This document shows positions 22,256-35,124 of a stretch of DNA of 45,113 bases, piece after piece (position 1 is the first letter of the stretch; each line of letters opens with the position of its first letter). The notes under the pieces were generated by a model that was given only the letters and a program-made list of their open reading frames with translations, was not told where the DNA came from and did no database searches. The DNA lies in contig NC_057751.1 in NCBI RefSeq assembly GCF_004010195.1, positions 17,486,435-17,531,547 on the forward strand, written 5' to 3'. The DNA comes from Chiloscyllium plagiosum (taxonomy: Eukaryota). Made by a program: the position numbers and the translations under genes.

Positions 22256-25200
22256 AAAGAAAAGTAACAACACAGCAAAGGCCCAGGCGTTTAGGCCCTC
22301 CAAGCCTGTGTCAGCACATTTTGCTTTTCCACAATGAAAACGTCTTCGCTTAAAGGATCCGTATTCTGCTATTCCCTTCCCGTTCATGTATTCGTCCAGT
22401 TTCTTCTTGAAAGCTGTTATTGTGTTTGTTTCCACCAACATCCTCTGGTAATGTGTTCCAATCCTTTGTCTGAATACTGTTACTCACACATCTCTTTTAA
22501 ACATCACCCTCGCACCTTGAAAATGGATCGCCTAGGAATTGCCCCTTCCACTCTGGCAAAGAAGCACCATACCTTCCATTCAATCCATGGTATTTCCACT
22601 CTGACAAGCGTCCACTCGGTCAACACTCAACTTCAACTGAAATCCCGTCCAGTTTATCCAAACTTTCATCACAGCTTAAAGTCCTCAAATGAGGCAACAT
22701 CCTGGTAAACCTTTCCTGCACACTCTCCAATGCAACCAGATCCTTCTGATCGTGTGGTGACCAGAAATGAACACAATATGTCAAGTGTGGCCTAACTGAT
22801 GTTCTATAAACCTTCAGCATACCTTCTCCATCCTTATACTATGTGCCACTTCCAATGAAGGCAAACATGCCATAGGCCTCTTTATTATACCTTACATATT
22901 GCGATGTCACCTTCAGTGAACTGTAGAAGTTCATACCCAGATACGTCTGCATTATCAATACTTCGAAACGTTCTGTAATTCACTGTGTAAGTTCCACCTG
23001 TACTTGAACTTCTGAAACGCATCACTTAACATTTGTCTGGATTACACTCCATCTATCATTTTTCTGCTTGTGCCTCTAACTGATCTATGTCCTACTGTAT
23101 CCTCTGACAACCTTCCTCACTATCCGCTAATTCATCAATCTTTACGTCATTCGCAAACTTAGCAGTTAAACCAGCTAGGGTTTCCTCGAAATTATGCATA
23201 TAGAAGACACGCAGCAGAAGACCCAGAAATGATTCCGATGGGACGTCACGAGTCACAGCCCTCCAGTCCGAAAAGCATTCATCCACTGCTACCTTCTGTG
23301 TCCTTTGACTTTGCCAATTCTGTATCTATCTTGCCAGCTCACCCCTGATACCATGAGACTTCAACTTTTGTACCAGTCTGCCATGACGGTCTTATCAAAT
23401 GCTCTACTGAAGTCCATGTAGACAATATCAAACACATTTCCCTCATGAATTAACCTCATCTGCTCCATAATAACGTTAGTGAGGCACGATACCCCCCAAT
23501 AAACCCATACTGTCTATCACTAATACGTCGATTAAATTCTTCACGCATATAGACATTGTCCCAAAGAATCTTCTTTCAATAATGTACCCACCACCGTCGT
23601 AAGGCTCACAGGCCTATAATTTCCAGCATTACTCCTGTTACATTTACTAAACGGTTGGACGACAATGGATATTCCCCAGTTGTCTGAAACCTCACCCGTG
23701 GCCAAATAGTATACAAACATACCTGTCAAAGCTCCAGTTTGCTCTTTTGCCTCCTTAACTATTGTGGGATAGACTGATAACTTACCTGCCTTAAATCTTT
23801 TTAAGATACCCATCACTTGGCTGAGAAATGCGACACTCACTTCCCAGAGATCATCCTCCATCGATTTCTTCGCTTTGATGAATACCGAGACCAAGTATTT
23901 TTTTAGTGCCCTACCTACCTCGTTTGTCTCCACACACAGGTTCTCTCTTTTGTCATTGAGTGGGCCTACCCTTTTACTGGCTATCCTCTTGTCTTTTATG
24001 TATATATAAAAGGCTTGGGATTTTCCTTAATCATGTTTGCTAATGACTTTTCATGACCCCTTTTAGCCTTTGTATTTCTTGATTAAGTTCTTCACTAATT
24101 TCCTGATCTACTTCAAACGTGTCATCAGTTTCCATCATCCTGCAGCTTCCGTGTGTTTCCTTTTACTTTCTGACCAAGGTCATAAGATTCCTGATCAACT
24201 CAGGTTCACGTAACGTGTATTACCTATCCTTCATTCTCGCAGCAACACGTACCAACTGCTGGTTGAAATACTCTAAATGTCTTATGTGGATTTACCCTCA
24301 AACAGCTGCCTCCAACCAACATCCTCCTGTTTCTGCCGAATATTGTGTAGTTTGCCTTCCCCCAGCACATTCTCCCGAGGATTGTTGTTAACCCTAGTCA
24401 TGAGTATCTTAAAATTAACCTCAATCCCGTGGACAGGCTCATTTCCCAAAACCAGGCGTGGTTAAATTCCTTCCCAAGTTGGACTGTTAACCGACTGCCA
24501 AGAAACTCTCCTGAATGCCCCTTACAAATTGTACCCCATCAAATCCGCGAGCACGAAATGAGTCCAAATTAATATGGGGAAGTTAACACCACAACGATCC
24601 TGCTATTTTTATATCTTGCCAAAATATGTCTACATATTCTCTTCTCTAGCGGCCACTGGCTGTGAGGAGGCCTGGATTATAGCTTCTGCATTGTATTATC
24701 AGCAACTTTTAAGTTCTCAAAACTGTACAGCTTCTACTCTAACTAGCTCATGAGAACTTTAGGTATCCTGAGTTAACCATCTTTGGTCCTACATTTCCAA
24801 CTTCTTCCTAGTTCTCTCTATTCTGCTTGTCGAATCTTATCCTTTTTTTGACCGATGCCATTCTTATTAATGTGTACTGTGACTACTGACTCTTCGTTCT
24901 CCCTCTCCCCCTCAAGAATGTCCTGCAATCGCTCCGAGACATCCAGTACCCTATCACCAGGGAGGCAACACGTCATGTTGGACTCTTGTTTGCTGCCACA
25001 GAATTGTTTATCTATTACCCCGTTATAATTGAATGCCCTATAATTATAGCATTTAGATACCTGTCTCTCCACCTCCTCTGCAGCAGAGACTATCATGATG
25101 CCATTAATTAGGTTGCTGCTGTTATTGCCTGACAGGACATTCTCATAAACAGTAGCACAAACGGTGAATCTGTTTTGCAGGGGAATATCCATATTCCTGC

Positions 25201-25300
25201 GTTGCCTGCTTTGCTCTCCTGTTCTGCCTGGTGATCACCCATTAATTCCTGCCTGTGAAGACTAAGGTGTGACCACGTCTCTATACCTGATGTCATGCTG
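22256..25300 (-). mobile_element. Near full-length decayed CR1 LINE (ORF1 SGNH-esterase-like plus ORF2 EN/RT)
   Basis: ORF1 IPLQNRF...CCLPGDRVLDVSERLQDIL (24818..25192); NYRPVSLT, KFAND, VRPHLTYCVHFW; 3' tail at ~22260. Confidence 0.9.
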
Positions 25301-26116
25301 AGAAGGTAAGACAAGCAACCGTTATCGCTAAGCTTGAACCCCTTTAAAACATTCACTGGCGGTTACCTCTATACAAAAGAGCGAAACAAGTTTCAGCTTT
25401 TGTGGCACTACCTATGACTTTAACAAGTTAAAGTCATGACATTCAGTATGAAATATTCACCAGCATCATCTCAAAGAATAAGCATAACATTATGTCGGTA
25501 TTACCCTTTTGTGCAGTGTAAATTGAAGATTTGGAGATTTTTAGTTACACAAAAAGGAAACGTTAAAAGCCTTGTTCAACATAGCATTTAGATTCTTGTC
25601 ACTCCACTTCCCCTGCAGCAGAGACTATCATGATGTCATTAATTAGGTTGCTGCTGTTATTGCCTGACAGGACATTCTCATAAACAGTAGCACAAACGGT
25701 GAATCTGTTTTGCAGGGGAATATCCATATTCCTGCGTTGCCTGCTTTGCTCTCCTGTTCTGCCTGGTGATCACCCATTACCTTCCTGCCTGTGAAGACTA
25801 AGGTGTGACCACGTCTCTATACCTGATATCGTGCTGAGAAGGTAAGACAAGCAACCGTTATCGCTAAGCTTGAACCCCTTTAAAACATTCACTGGCAGTT
25901 ACCTCTATACAAAAGAGCGAAACAAGTTTCAGCTTTTGTGGCACTACCTATGACTTTAACAAGTTAAAGTCATGACATTCAGTATGAAATATTCACCAGC
26001 ATCATCTCAAAGAATAAGCATAACATTATGTCGGTATTACCCTTTTGTGCAGTGTAAATTGAAGATTTGGAGATTTTTAGTTACACAAAAAGGAAACGTT
26101 AAAAGCCTTGTTCAAC
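25046..26116. repeat. Tandem duplication, ~535-bp unit (25046-25580 / 25581-26116)
   Basis: Near-identical direct copies from atagcatttaga to ccttgttcaac. Confidence 0.95.
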
Positions 26117-27640
26117 AGACATCAGGAGGCAAGCTTGATTGTAAACCCGCTAATCATTACCTAACAAATGCCCAAATCACAGTCCTAGGCCATATCATTA
26201 GACAACGACAGGTTTCTCGTTGGGATGTGAGAAACATGTTTATTGAGGAGTTTCCCATAGCATCGACAATGAAGGAAACAGTCCACTTCCTGACTGTGAG
26301 TAATTTTAAAGAAAAATGTTGTTACACATTTATGCAGCATGTTTCTCCACTGACCGACTTGTTGAAGAAGAGCATTAAGCTTCTGTTAATGAATGTGTGT
26401 CAGATAGCAATGTGACCGTTTGAAATCTTTGTCCACCATCACTCCAGTATTAGCAAAAAACAATTAAGTGAAGGAATTTAGATTGGGAGCGATGAAGTGG
26501 CTGTACACTTGAAAGAAGGTAATGTGAGACTTACTGGATTTTTTTCCGAAAGCTTAATGTTCATCAAAGGAGGTATTCTACTAATGAGAATGAGACTGGT
26601 GCTGGTGGTGCAACATTTCAACATTTATGTTGCCGATACAATTTTGTATGTTGAATATAATCTCTTATTTTATCTTTACTGAGAATTGTGGGGATAAAAA
26701 TACCAATCTATACACATGGACGCTGTTATTATGACCTTTAGATTTTAAACCTAAGCACGGTACAGCACGAGACAACATAACATCCAACGCATTGTCACGA
26801 CTGAGATGAAGGAGGCATTCAATGATGGAAGAAAATAAATGAAATGAACTCTTTTTTCAGTTGGAATAATCAGTGCAAATAGAATACGTGGCATTAATCA
26901 CGTGAGATTAAATGGTTTGAAAATAATCATTTTTGTATCTTGATTATTACTTTTTAAAGGTGAAGAATGATAGGAGTGTCCTTTTTGAGAGATTTGTGTT
27001 TGTGGTGTTTCTCTTGCAGTGAGGTTCTCCCATAATACTGCCCATATGTCTCATTCCACCATGGAATTAGTAAACAACTTTTGATTTCGCCTTGTTGTTT
27101 TCTTTTTAAATGACACACTCGAACCATGAATGGGTGGGTCAGTGTTCACACAGACCCAGGGAGGTTATTGACTTGCTTTCAGTGAGTCAGTAGGCTTCTG
27201 CTGACTGCTAACATAAATACTTGAAACCTTGGCTGATGAAAGCTGTGGCCATGAAGTCACAGGCAGAGAGGCTTCTTAAAAATCAAAGAGAGCATACTAT
27301 TTCTGTCTTCTGGACTGGTGACAGGTAGTATGTGAGAACCATAACTATTTAGTTGTGTTGCATTTTTGTAAACAGATTTTTTTTTAATGGAATGCGACAT
27401 GTTTTGGAACGGTTGATGATTTTGTTTCAACAGTAGATAGGAATCTCAAATATTGCAACAGACTTAAAATTATGCCAATCATTTTCTTCCTTATATTTTA
27501 AAAGTTTGGTAGGAATCAGTTTGCCTTTATGAAATCAACTGGTGGATTAATTGAATCATAATATAAAAGTTAATACATAGGCTATCTGCTCACAATACTT
27601 AGTTGGGACGTATGAAGACAGTTTGGTGTTGTCTATATCA
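25305..27640 (+). mobile_element. Gypsy (Gmr1-like) RT/RNase H, PPT and 3' LTR remnant
   Basis: EKVRQAT..KL, KVMTFSMKYSPA, SPLTDLLKK, QHFNIYV and NALSRL (~26785-26803), then a purine tract aaaggtgaagaa followed by TG at ~26968. Confidence 0.78.
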
Positions 27641-27920
27641 GGAGAATTGAAGATCGGCGAATGAAACAAATCCCAATGGGAGTTATGTCCTGGCCTCCCA
27701 ACAGTAGATAGACTATGAATCAGTTTGCCTTTATGAAATCAACTGGTGGATTAATTGAATCATAATATAAAAGTTAATACATAGGCTATCTGCTCACAAT
27801 ACTTAGTTGGGAGGTATGAAGACAGTTTGGTGTTGTCTATATCAGGAGAGTTGAGGATCAGCGAATGAAACAAATCCCAATGGGAGCTATGTACTGGCCT
27901 CCCAACAGTAGATAGACTAT
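27513..27920. repeat. Tandem duplication, 204-bp unit (27513-27716 / 27717-27920)
   Basis: Direct copies gaatcagtttgcc...gatagactat with about 6 substitutions. Confidence 0.95.
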
Positions 27921-28046
27921 TGTAAGAATATAAATCAGAAGGTAGAAAAGGCATGTAAATTCAGGCAAAATTCAGTTATTGTGGGATACTCTAATATGCA
28001 AGTCGACTGAAAAAAAAAGAGTTCTGTAGTGGGTCTCAACTAAAAG

Positions 28047-28205
28047 GGCGGAACAATGGCTGACTGGTTCGTAATATTGCCTCACATCACCAGGAAACAA
28101 CGTATAGGTTCCACATTCCGGCGTCTGCTTGTGGACATTTGTGCATTCTCCTCATATCCATATTAGTTTCATTCGAGTGCTTCGGTTTCCTTCATTGTTC
28201 AAAAA
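28047..28205 (+). mobile_element. HE1 SINE 5' part, interrupted by CR1 (resumes ~29652-29700)
   Basis: Degenerate tRNA head and V-domain (gtgcttcggtttcc). Confidence 0.6.
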
Positions 28206-28207
28206 AA

Positions 28208-29650
28208 GACTGGAGGCCTGTGGCCGGTGGACTGCCACAAGAAGCAGTGCTGGGTCCACTACTTTCCATCAATTATATAAATGATTTGGCTGTGAGCATA
28301 AAAGGTATTGTCAGTAAGTTGAAAGATGGCACTGAAATTAGGGGTGTTGTGCACTGTGAAGAAGATTACCTCAAATTGCAACGAGATCTTGATCGGATGG
28401 GCCAATGGGCTGTGAAGTGGCAGATGGAATTTAATTTAGATAAACGTGGCATGCTGCGTTTTGGGAAACCAAATCTTAACAGGACTTATACACATAATGG
28501 TAACGTCCTAGGGGGTATTGCTGGAGTGCATATTCATACCTCCTTGAATGTAGAGTTGCAGCTAGATGAGTTAGTGAAGCAGGCATTTGGTACGCTTTCC
28601 TTTATTGGTCAGAGTATTGAGTACAAGTCTTTGCAGTTGTACAGGACATTGGTTAGTACACTTTTGGAACATTGTGTGCAATTCTGGTCTCCTTCCCATC
28701 GGAGGTGATTCTTGAAACTGTTCCGAAAAGACTTAGGAGGATGTTGCCAGGGTTGGAGAATTTCAGCTATAAGGAGAGGCTGAATAGGCAAAGGCTGTTT
28801 TCCCTGGAGAGTTTGAGACTGAGGGGTGATCTTATAGAGTTTCATAAAATCGTGAACGGCATGGATAGGATAAATAGACAAAGTGTCTTCCCTGGGGTGG
28901 GGAGTCCAGAACTAGTGGGCATAGATTTAGGGTGAGAGGGGCAAGATATAAAAGAGACCAAAGGGACATCATTTTCACGCAGAGGGTTGGCTGTGTATGG
29001 AATAAACTGCCAGTGGAGGCATTTGGTACGCTTTCCTTTATTGGTCAGAGTATTGAGTACAAGTCTTTGGAGTTGCAGTTGTACAGGACATTGGTTAGTA
29101 CTCTTTTGGAACATTGTGTGCAATTCTGGTCTCCTTCCCATCGGAGGTGATTCTTGAAACTGTTCCGAAAAGACTTAGGAGGATGTTGCCAGGGTTGGAG
29201 AATTTCAGCTATAAGGAGAGGCTGAATAGGCAAAGGGTGTTTTCCCTGGAGAGTTTGAGACTGAGGGGTGATCTTATAGAGTTTCATAAAATCGTGAACG
29301 GCATGGATAGGATAAATAGACAAAGTGTCTTCCTTGGGGTGGGGGAGTCCAGAACTAGTGGGCATAGATTTAGGGTGAGAGGGGCAAGATATAAAAGAGA
29401 CCAAAGGGACATCATTTTCACGCAGAGGGTTGTCCGTGTATGGAATAAACTGCCAGTGGAAGCCGTCGAGGCTCGTACAATTGCAACATTTAAAACGCGT
29501 CTGGACAGGTAGATGAATCGGTGGAGTTTGGAGAGATGTTTCTGAGTGCTGGCAACTGGGACTGGATTGGGTTGGGATATCGTTCAGCATGGGCAAGTTG
29601 GACCAAAGGGTCTGTTTCCGTGCAGTACATGCCTCTGACTCGTTGACTGT
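28208..29650 (+). mobile_element. CR1 3' part (RT C-terminus and tail)
   Basis: VLGPLL, QWAVKWQMEFNLDK, LEHCVQFWSP and LRGDLIE. Confidence 0.92.
28581..29459. repeat. Tandem duplication, 436/443-bp units (28581-29016 / 29017-29459)
   Basis: Direct copies aggcatttggtacg...ctgccagtgg differing by a 6-bp indel, a 1-bp indel and a few substitutions. Confidence 0.95.
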
Positions 29651-29919
29651 ATGTGCAGTCTTGATGGATTGGTCATGAAAAATTCGGGGTTACAGGGAAA
29701 TGTTTGGATGTGGATCTGATGTGTTGAATTTGACATGTTTAGAGTTGGAAACGTCTATGCAGATAGAATGCCAAACGCTAACCTCGTGAGAATAAAGATT
29801 TTGAAAATGAAATCATTTGTGTATATAGATTGTTCTTTTTTTAAAAGATGAAGAATGATTGGACTGCCCCTTCTGAGAGATTATTGTTTTTGTTGTTTCG
29901 CATTGGCTCTCAAGTAAAG

Positions 29920-30205
29920 GAGCAGCACAAAGGCTGAGTTGTTTATAATGTTGCCTCACATCACCAGGGACAATGTTTTGCTTCCACCTTCGGACGGCTG
30001 TCTGTGGGAGTATGTACATTCTCTCTGTATCTGCATGGGTTTCATTCAGATGCTTCAGTTCCTTCATTATTCCGAAGATGTGCAGGCTCGGTGGATTAGT
30101 CATGAAAAATTGGGATTTATAGGGAGAGGGTGCCGTGTTGATCTGGGTGGGATGGTCGGATGTTCTTTAGAAGGTCAGTGGGACAAATGGCCTTCTTCCA
30201 CGCTT
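29920..30205 (+). mobile_element. HE1/V-SINE
   Basis: ctgtctgtgggagtatgtacattctc...gatgtgcaggct; tail ggccttcttccacgct. Confidence 0.75.
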
Positions 30206-31772
30206 TCTTAATTTCAGCAATTGGCGTTTGATGCAGCTTGTGGGCAAGACCACTAGAGAACAAGTAATGTTGGATTCTGTTATGTGTAATGAGGTAGACT
30301 TGATTTTGTTGCTTAAGGTGAAATAACCCCGAGGAGACAGTGACTGTAAATTGATAGAATCCATCCTCTAATTGGGAAGGAAGAGTCTGACATCGGTTCG
30401 AACTGTATTAAAATTGAGGGAATGTAATGATAAAAGCATTTGCATGGAGCTGGCCCGAACTGTTTGGAATGGAAGTCAAACGTGGCATACAATTGCACCG
30501 GTTTTATGTGCGTAATTCTGCTGGAGGCAGAATCTGAGAGAGATAAGAGTGAACATTTGTCTCTGAAAAATAAGACGAGGTAAACGAGAATGTAAATACA
30601 AAGAAGCTGGAGGAATTGAATGGCTGGTTTGTACCTATTGTCAAATTACAATGACTATGCAGAATTATAGCACTTCATCAGCGTCATAGATTAGATGAGA
30701 CTGTACTGGCAATCACTAAGGAGAAGGTGCTCGGGAATCTGAAAGATCTTAAGGTTGATAAATTGATCTGACGTGATCAATTTCACCCCGGAATTCTGAA
30801 GGGCAAAGCTGAGGGGATGTGCAGAAGCATTCGTTGTGAATTTTCGTGAGTTATTGGTGTCATGAAAGGTCTCACATGTCTAGAAAATGAATAATAATGG
30901 AAAGGGAGGGTATCAGTAGACAGAAAATTATATTGTCTCTGACTCATACACACGCCACATCGATTCCAACTCAAGTATCATTCCGATGCCTTGAATTCAC
31001 TCAGGATTTTAAGAGTCTCTGTAATGTTTATCGTCCGACTGAGAGCTGCCCTTGCCTGATCCTAGCATCCATTCAGTGCTATGCCTGGTCACAGTATCGA
31101 ACTCTCTCTCCAACTGCATTCCCAAAGCTGGCTCAGGGCTGCACAACAACCAGTTCCACTCTAGCCCTGGCTAATTTGAGGTGCTAACAGTCAACATTTT
31201 TTTCCTGTCATGCATCAAAGTAGAAAAATAGAAAAATTTAGAAATACCCACAGCTGTCTGGAAACGTTCTTCCATCCCCTGCGCTTTGATTGCATCCTAG
31301 TCCCCAAATCCACGTCCTGTCGAATATTCACCATCCCTTCTGACCTTCCACTATCCGCTGTTGAACTTCCTATACTCAGCAAAGGTCCGCGTTTGATCCA
31401 TCTGCGTCTCCAACTGAGTGAATGCCGGGCAACATATTGTGTTGAAATCTTCTTCCATTGCCTTATCTCTGTGCCCATTTCTGTGGAAAAGAGCCCTATC
31501 CCTGTCACAAATACCCCTTCGCACAACTCCTATAGTCTCCTTCCAAGACCCTTCCCTCTGGTTCTTTACTTGTAATCTACCTGTTAATTGAGGACCGTCA
31601 ACATGAGATTGGTCGCCTCAGTTTTTCTGCACACACCGCCATTTATTCGAATGCAATCTCCGAGAACTAACTGCTCTCCAGGCATTCAGATCTGAGACTG
31701 ACATTGCAATTAAGCCTGCCAATAAGTGTGCTGGCGTTGTTGTCTGAAGTACTGATTACTAATTTGTGGAGG

Positions 31773-31920
31773 AGAAAGTGAGGTCTGCAGATGCTGGAGA
31801 TCAGAGATGGAAATGTGTTGCTGGAAAAGCGCAGCAGGTCAGGCAGCATCTAGGGAACAGGAGAATCGACGTTTCGGGCATTAGCCCTTCTTCAGGAATG
31901 AGGGAAGTTGGTCCAGCTGG
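31773..31920 (-). mobile_element. Short non-autonomous Penelope pLTR element flanked by a TSD
   Basis: ctaatttgtggagg at 31759-31772 and 31921-31934; it interrupts the older Penelope RT. Confidence 0.88.
31861..31900 (-). ncRNA. Minimal type I hammerhead ribozyme (intact catalytic core)
   Basis: Minus strand CAUUC-CUGAAGA-A-GGGC-UAAU-GCCC-GAAAC-GUC^GAUUC; predicted cleavage between 31868 and 31867. Confidence 0.75.
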
Positions 31921-33995
31921 CTAATTTGTGGAGGCTGACTGCCAGCTCTCAGGTGCTTCCTGCTAAGTCCATCTGAATCATAATCCTGACATGGAATATT
32001 ACGCCATTCCATCAACTGCAGTGATTAACCTCATGTCATTTGGTGATCTCCCTTTTCCTGCCTCTAGCTGATACTGTCCCAACCCCGCACAACTAGTTTC
32101 TACCTCCTTCCAAATATCCAAAGCAGGTGCCCGGGCAGCCCATTGATTCAGCTGACTCTTGCCCCACAGAATTCCTCACTTCCTTGCTTGAATCGGTCTT
32201 TTCTCTCCAGTCGCGTCCCTGCCCACTTACTTCCGTGATTCCTCTGACATTTTATGCTGGCGTCAGGATTTCCACCTTGCAGCCTCCAACCGCATCCTCC
32301 TTACCACCGGCGTGCAATCCTTTGCATGTCCATACTCCACAGGATGGTCGCACGGCACTCGAAGTCTTCCAGGAACAGCGGCCTGAATAATTCCCATTCA
32401 CCAATCGCCACCTCTATCTGACAGAGTTCGTCCTCTCACTGAAAAACTTCGGATTGAACTGCTCTCATTTTCTTCAGTTCAGCGAGGTGGCTATCGACAT
32501 CCACAACATCTCCAGTTAGAGCTGTCTCTGTAGGATACCTGGAATTTTCCTTTTTCAGTCCTATTCTCATCCCTATCCACCGCCCTGTTTCGGTACCATC
32601 GATGATACGCTTGGGTTGTCTTTCTTTCTCAAACGTAATTGGAAATACATCTCAGTTTTGCTTCCAATTCCACACACGAACTCATTTCACCTCATCCATC
32701 CCTGACTCCTCCCGTCCATTTCTCGACAACTCGATTTCCATTTCTGGAGATAGAATGTCCGCTAATATCCATTATTAACCTACCCACTCCCACAATTACC
32801 TTCACTACACGTCCCAACACCCTGCTTTCCATGAAGACATTACTCCTTTGTTCGGGTTCCTCCATGTATTCTGCATCTGCTCTGATGATGCCAGCTTCGA
32901 CAGGGGTGCCTCCGAAATATCCAAATGCTTCCTCAAACAAAGACCCCCGAGTGCTGTTGTCGAGAGGGCCTTCAGCTGGGTTCAACGCATCTCCTGCACT
33001 TTGGCCCTCACACTATTTCTTTCCTCCTGCGACAGAAATATCATCCCCTTCTTCTATCTGCCAAAAACACCACCATCTAAATTCAGAGGATCCTTGGCTG
33101 CCCTTTCTGGCACCTCCAGTGTGATGTCACCAAAAGACACATTTTTCAATCATCTCCCTTGCCCACCTTCTGCCAGGACGATTTCCTGCAGAACACTTTG
33201 GTCCACTCTTCCTTCACTATAATACCCTCCACCCACAACCTCACAGCACCTCCTACTGTAACCACACAATGTCACCTGGCAACTTAGTTCCTCCCACCTC
33301 AGCATCCAAGGATCTGAACACATCTTCCATGTTCAGTATTGCTTTAAGTTTGCTTCCCACTATCAAATCTATTGCACTTGCTGCTTAAAATGCGGTCTCC
33401 TCTAAATTGGGGAAAAAAAGCATGATCTTAGGGGACCAAAATGCAGAACACATATATTCTGTCCTCAAAGTATAGGCAAAAGCTTTCAGTTGCGTGCCGC
33501 TTCGACACAGAAAATGATCTCTCATCAACAACTGAACCTCACATTTTTTTGTATTTCTTCAGCGAGGCTCTGTGCAAAATGGAAGAACGGTATTTCATTT
33601 TCCGCTTGGGATGTCTACAGAGTTACAGACTCAACATCAAATTCAATAAATTCAGATCTTTACTTCTTCCTGTCCTTACCCCAACCCCAGAAATGTGGCC
33701 TTGATAACATAGAGTCTGATATTACAAAGAATAGTAACAATCCTCTTTAAGAGTTTTTCACCCTCCTAGCCAGGTTGGCATCCACTCCTTTTCGGTCCAA
33801 CTGTTCTTCGCTGTCTCGACTCTGACACCAGCTATTGTTTCCTGCTTACCTCCTCCCCACCACCACTTTATCTGTAAACGTACTGGCAATTCTGATGGAG
33901 GACCACACGACACGATAAGTTAACTCTCATTCCCCTCTTACAGTAATTCCTGCTTTATTTTTTTCTGGAAAATTATGGGTCACCTTGGACATTCT

Positions 33996-34132
33996 CATTC
34001 CTGATGAAGGGCTAATTCTTATGGCAGAAACATCGATTCTCCTTCTCCTCTGATGCTGCTTGACCTGGTGTGCTTTTCCAGCGCCACACTTTGTGACTCT
34101 GATCTCTCGCATCTGCAATCCCCATTTTCTCC
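33996..34132 (+). mobile_element. Penelope pLTR short element with a hammerhead-like motif (stem II disturbed)
   Basis: CTGATGA at 34001-34007, GAAAC-ATC at 34027-34034, then gatgctg...catctgca...ttttctcc. Confidence 0.75.
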
Positions 34133-34362
34133 GAATCTGTCGACATCAAGATTTTCAAACACATTTTTAAGGATTCTATTTCGGATTACTGGTTTGTGGT
34201 AAAATAACGTGAGAGTTGCGTGGCTCCATCAAGGAGATTTGATGTTTGATAGCTCGTTCAGTTGGAGAAAGGACGGGCAGTGGACGTGGTCTATTTGGAT
34301 TTTCAGAAAGACCTTCAGAAGCTGCTGCACAGGAACCTGCTCAATAAGATTAGAAACCAAAG

Positions 34363-35124
34363 TGTTATGGAACAGGCTAGACACCCCCAAAAATATATTA
34401 AAACGTCAACCAAGACCCGAATTCTTTCTTATTGAAAACAATGATATGTAGTGAGTGTTCCAGGTTTGATGCAGCTGGTGAAACAACTCGGCTTTAAGCA
34501 TAGCAAAATGTATTTAAACACTATAATTAAAACAGCAACAAAGGAAAGTGGAATTTAAAATGAAATGGTTGTTGAAAACTTAATCGATCCAGGACATTAA
34601 CTACTCGTAATGAACTGGTCCCATATAGTAACAGTCCATAAGTCCAACCCTTGCAAAAAGATAGATTCAAATACTGGTTCTTCAAGGCAGGAGTGAACAA
34701 CATCGAGAGAGATTTTAGACAGAGTCAGTTGGGAATTCTTTACTGAAGCTGGATACCTTTCTTTCCTCAAAACATCTGGTGTCTGCTACAGCAAAAATAA
34801 CTAGAAAACCTTGAAACACGTGAATTGGTCACTCCCTTTCCATTGTTTTAACTTTCTAATTCCCGAGGCTCTAGTGAACAACATCGAGAGAGATTTTAGA
34901 CAGAGTCAGTTGGGAATCCTTTACTGAAGCTGGAAACCTTTCTTTACTCAAAACATCTGGTATCTGCTATAGCAAAAATAACTAGAAAACCTTGAAACAC
35001 GTGAATTGGTCACACCCTTTCCGTTGTTTTAACATTCTAATTCCCGAGTCTCTACCTCTGCCTTTGTAACCAGCCTTCATAAAAAAAAGGATATCATAAA
35101 CGTTTTAAAGTGAGAACATCATCA
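34363..35124. mobile_element. Solo LTR (TG...CA)
   Basis: Non-CR1 block TGTTATG...CATCATCA that interrupts a CR1 RT, which resumes at 35125. Second copy at 41579-42160. TSD unclear. Confidence 0.65.
34692..35053. repeat. Tandem duplication, 181-bp unit, inside the LTR
   Basis: agtgaacaacatcgag starts at 34692 and 34873; single copy in the paralog (~41908). Confidence 0.92.

Larger units (their letters stand above)
30930..33960 (+). mobile_element. Penelope-like element, near full length (RT plus GIY-YIG endonuclease), decayed
   Basis: RIFTIPSDLPLS..LSKG, IKPANK, PGQPIDSADSCPTE, IDD (~32597), IYCTCCLKCGLL*IGE and FIFRLGCLQ..LNIKF; degenerate pLTR at ~33890. Confidence 0.9.
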
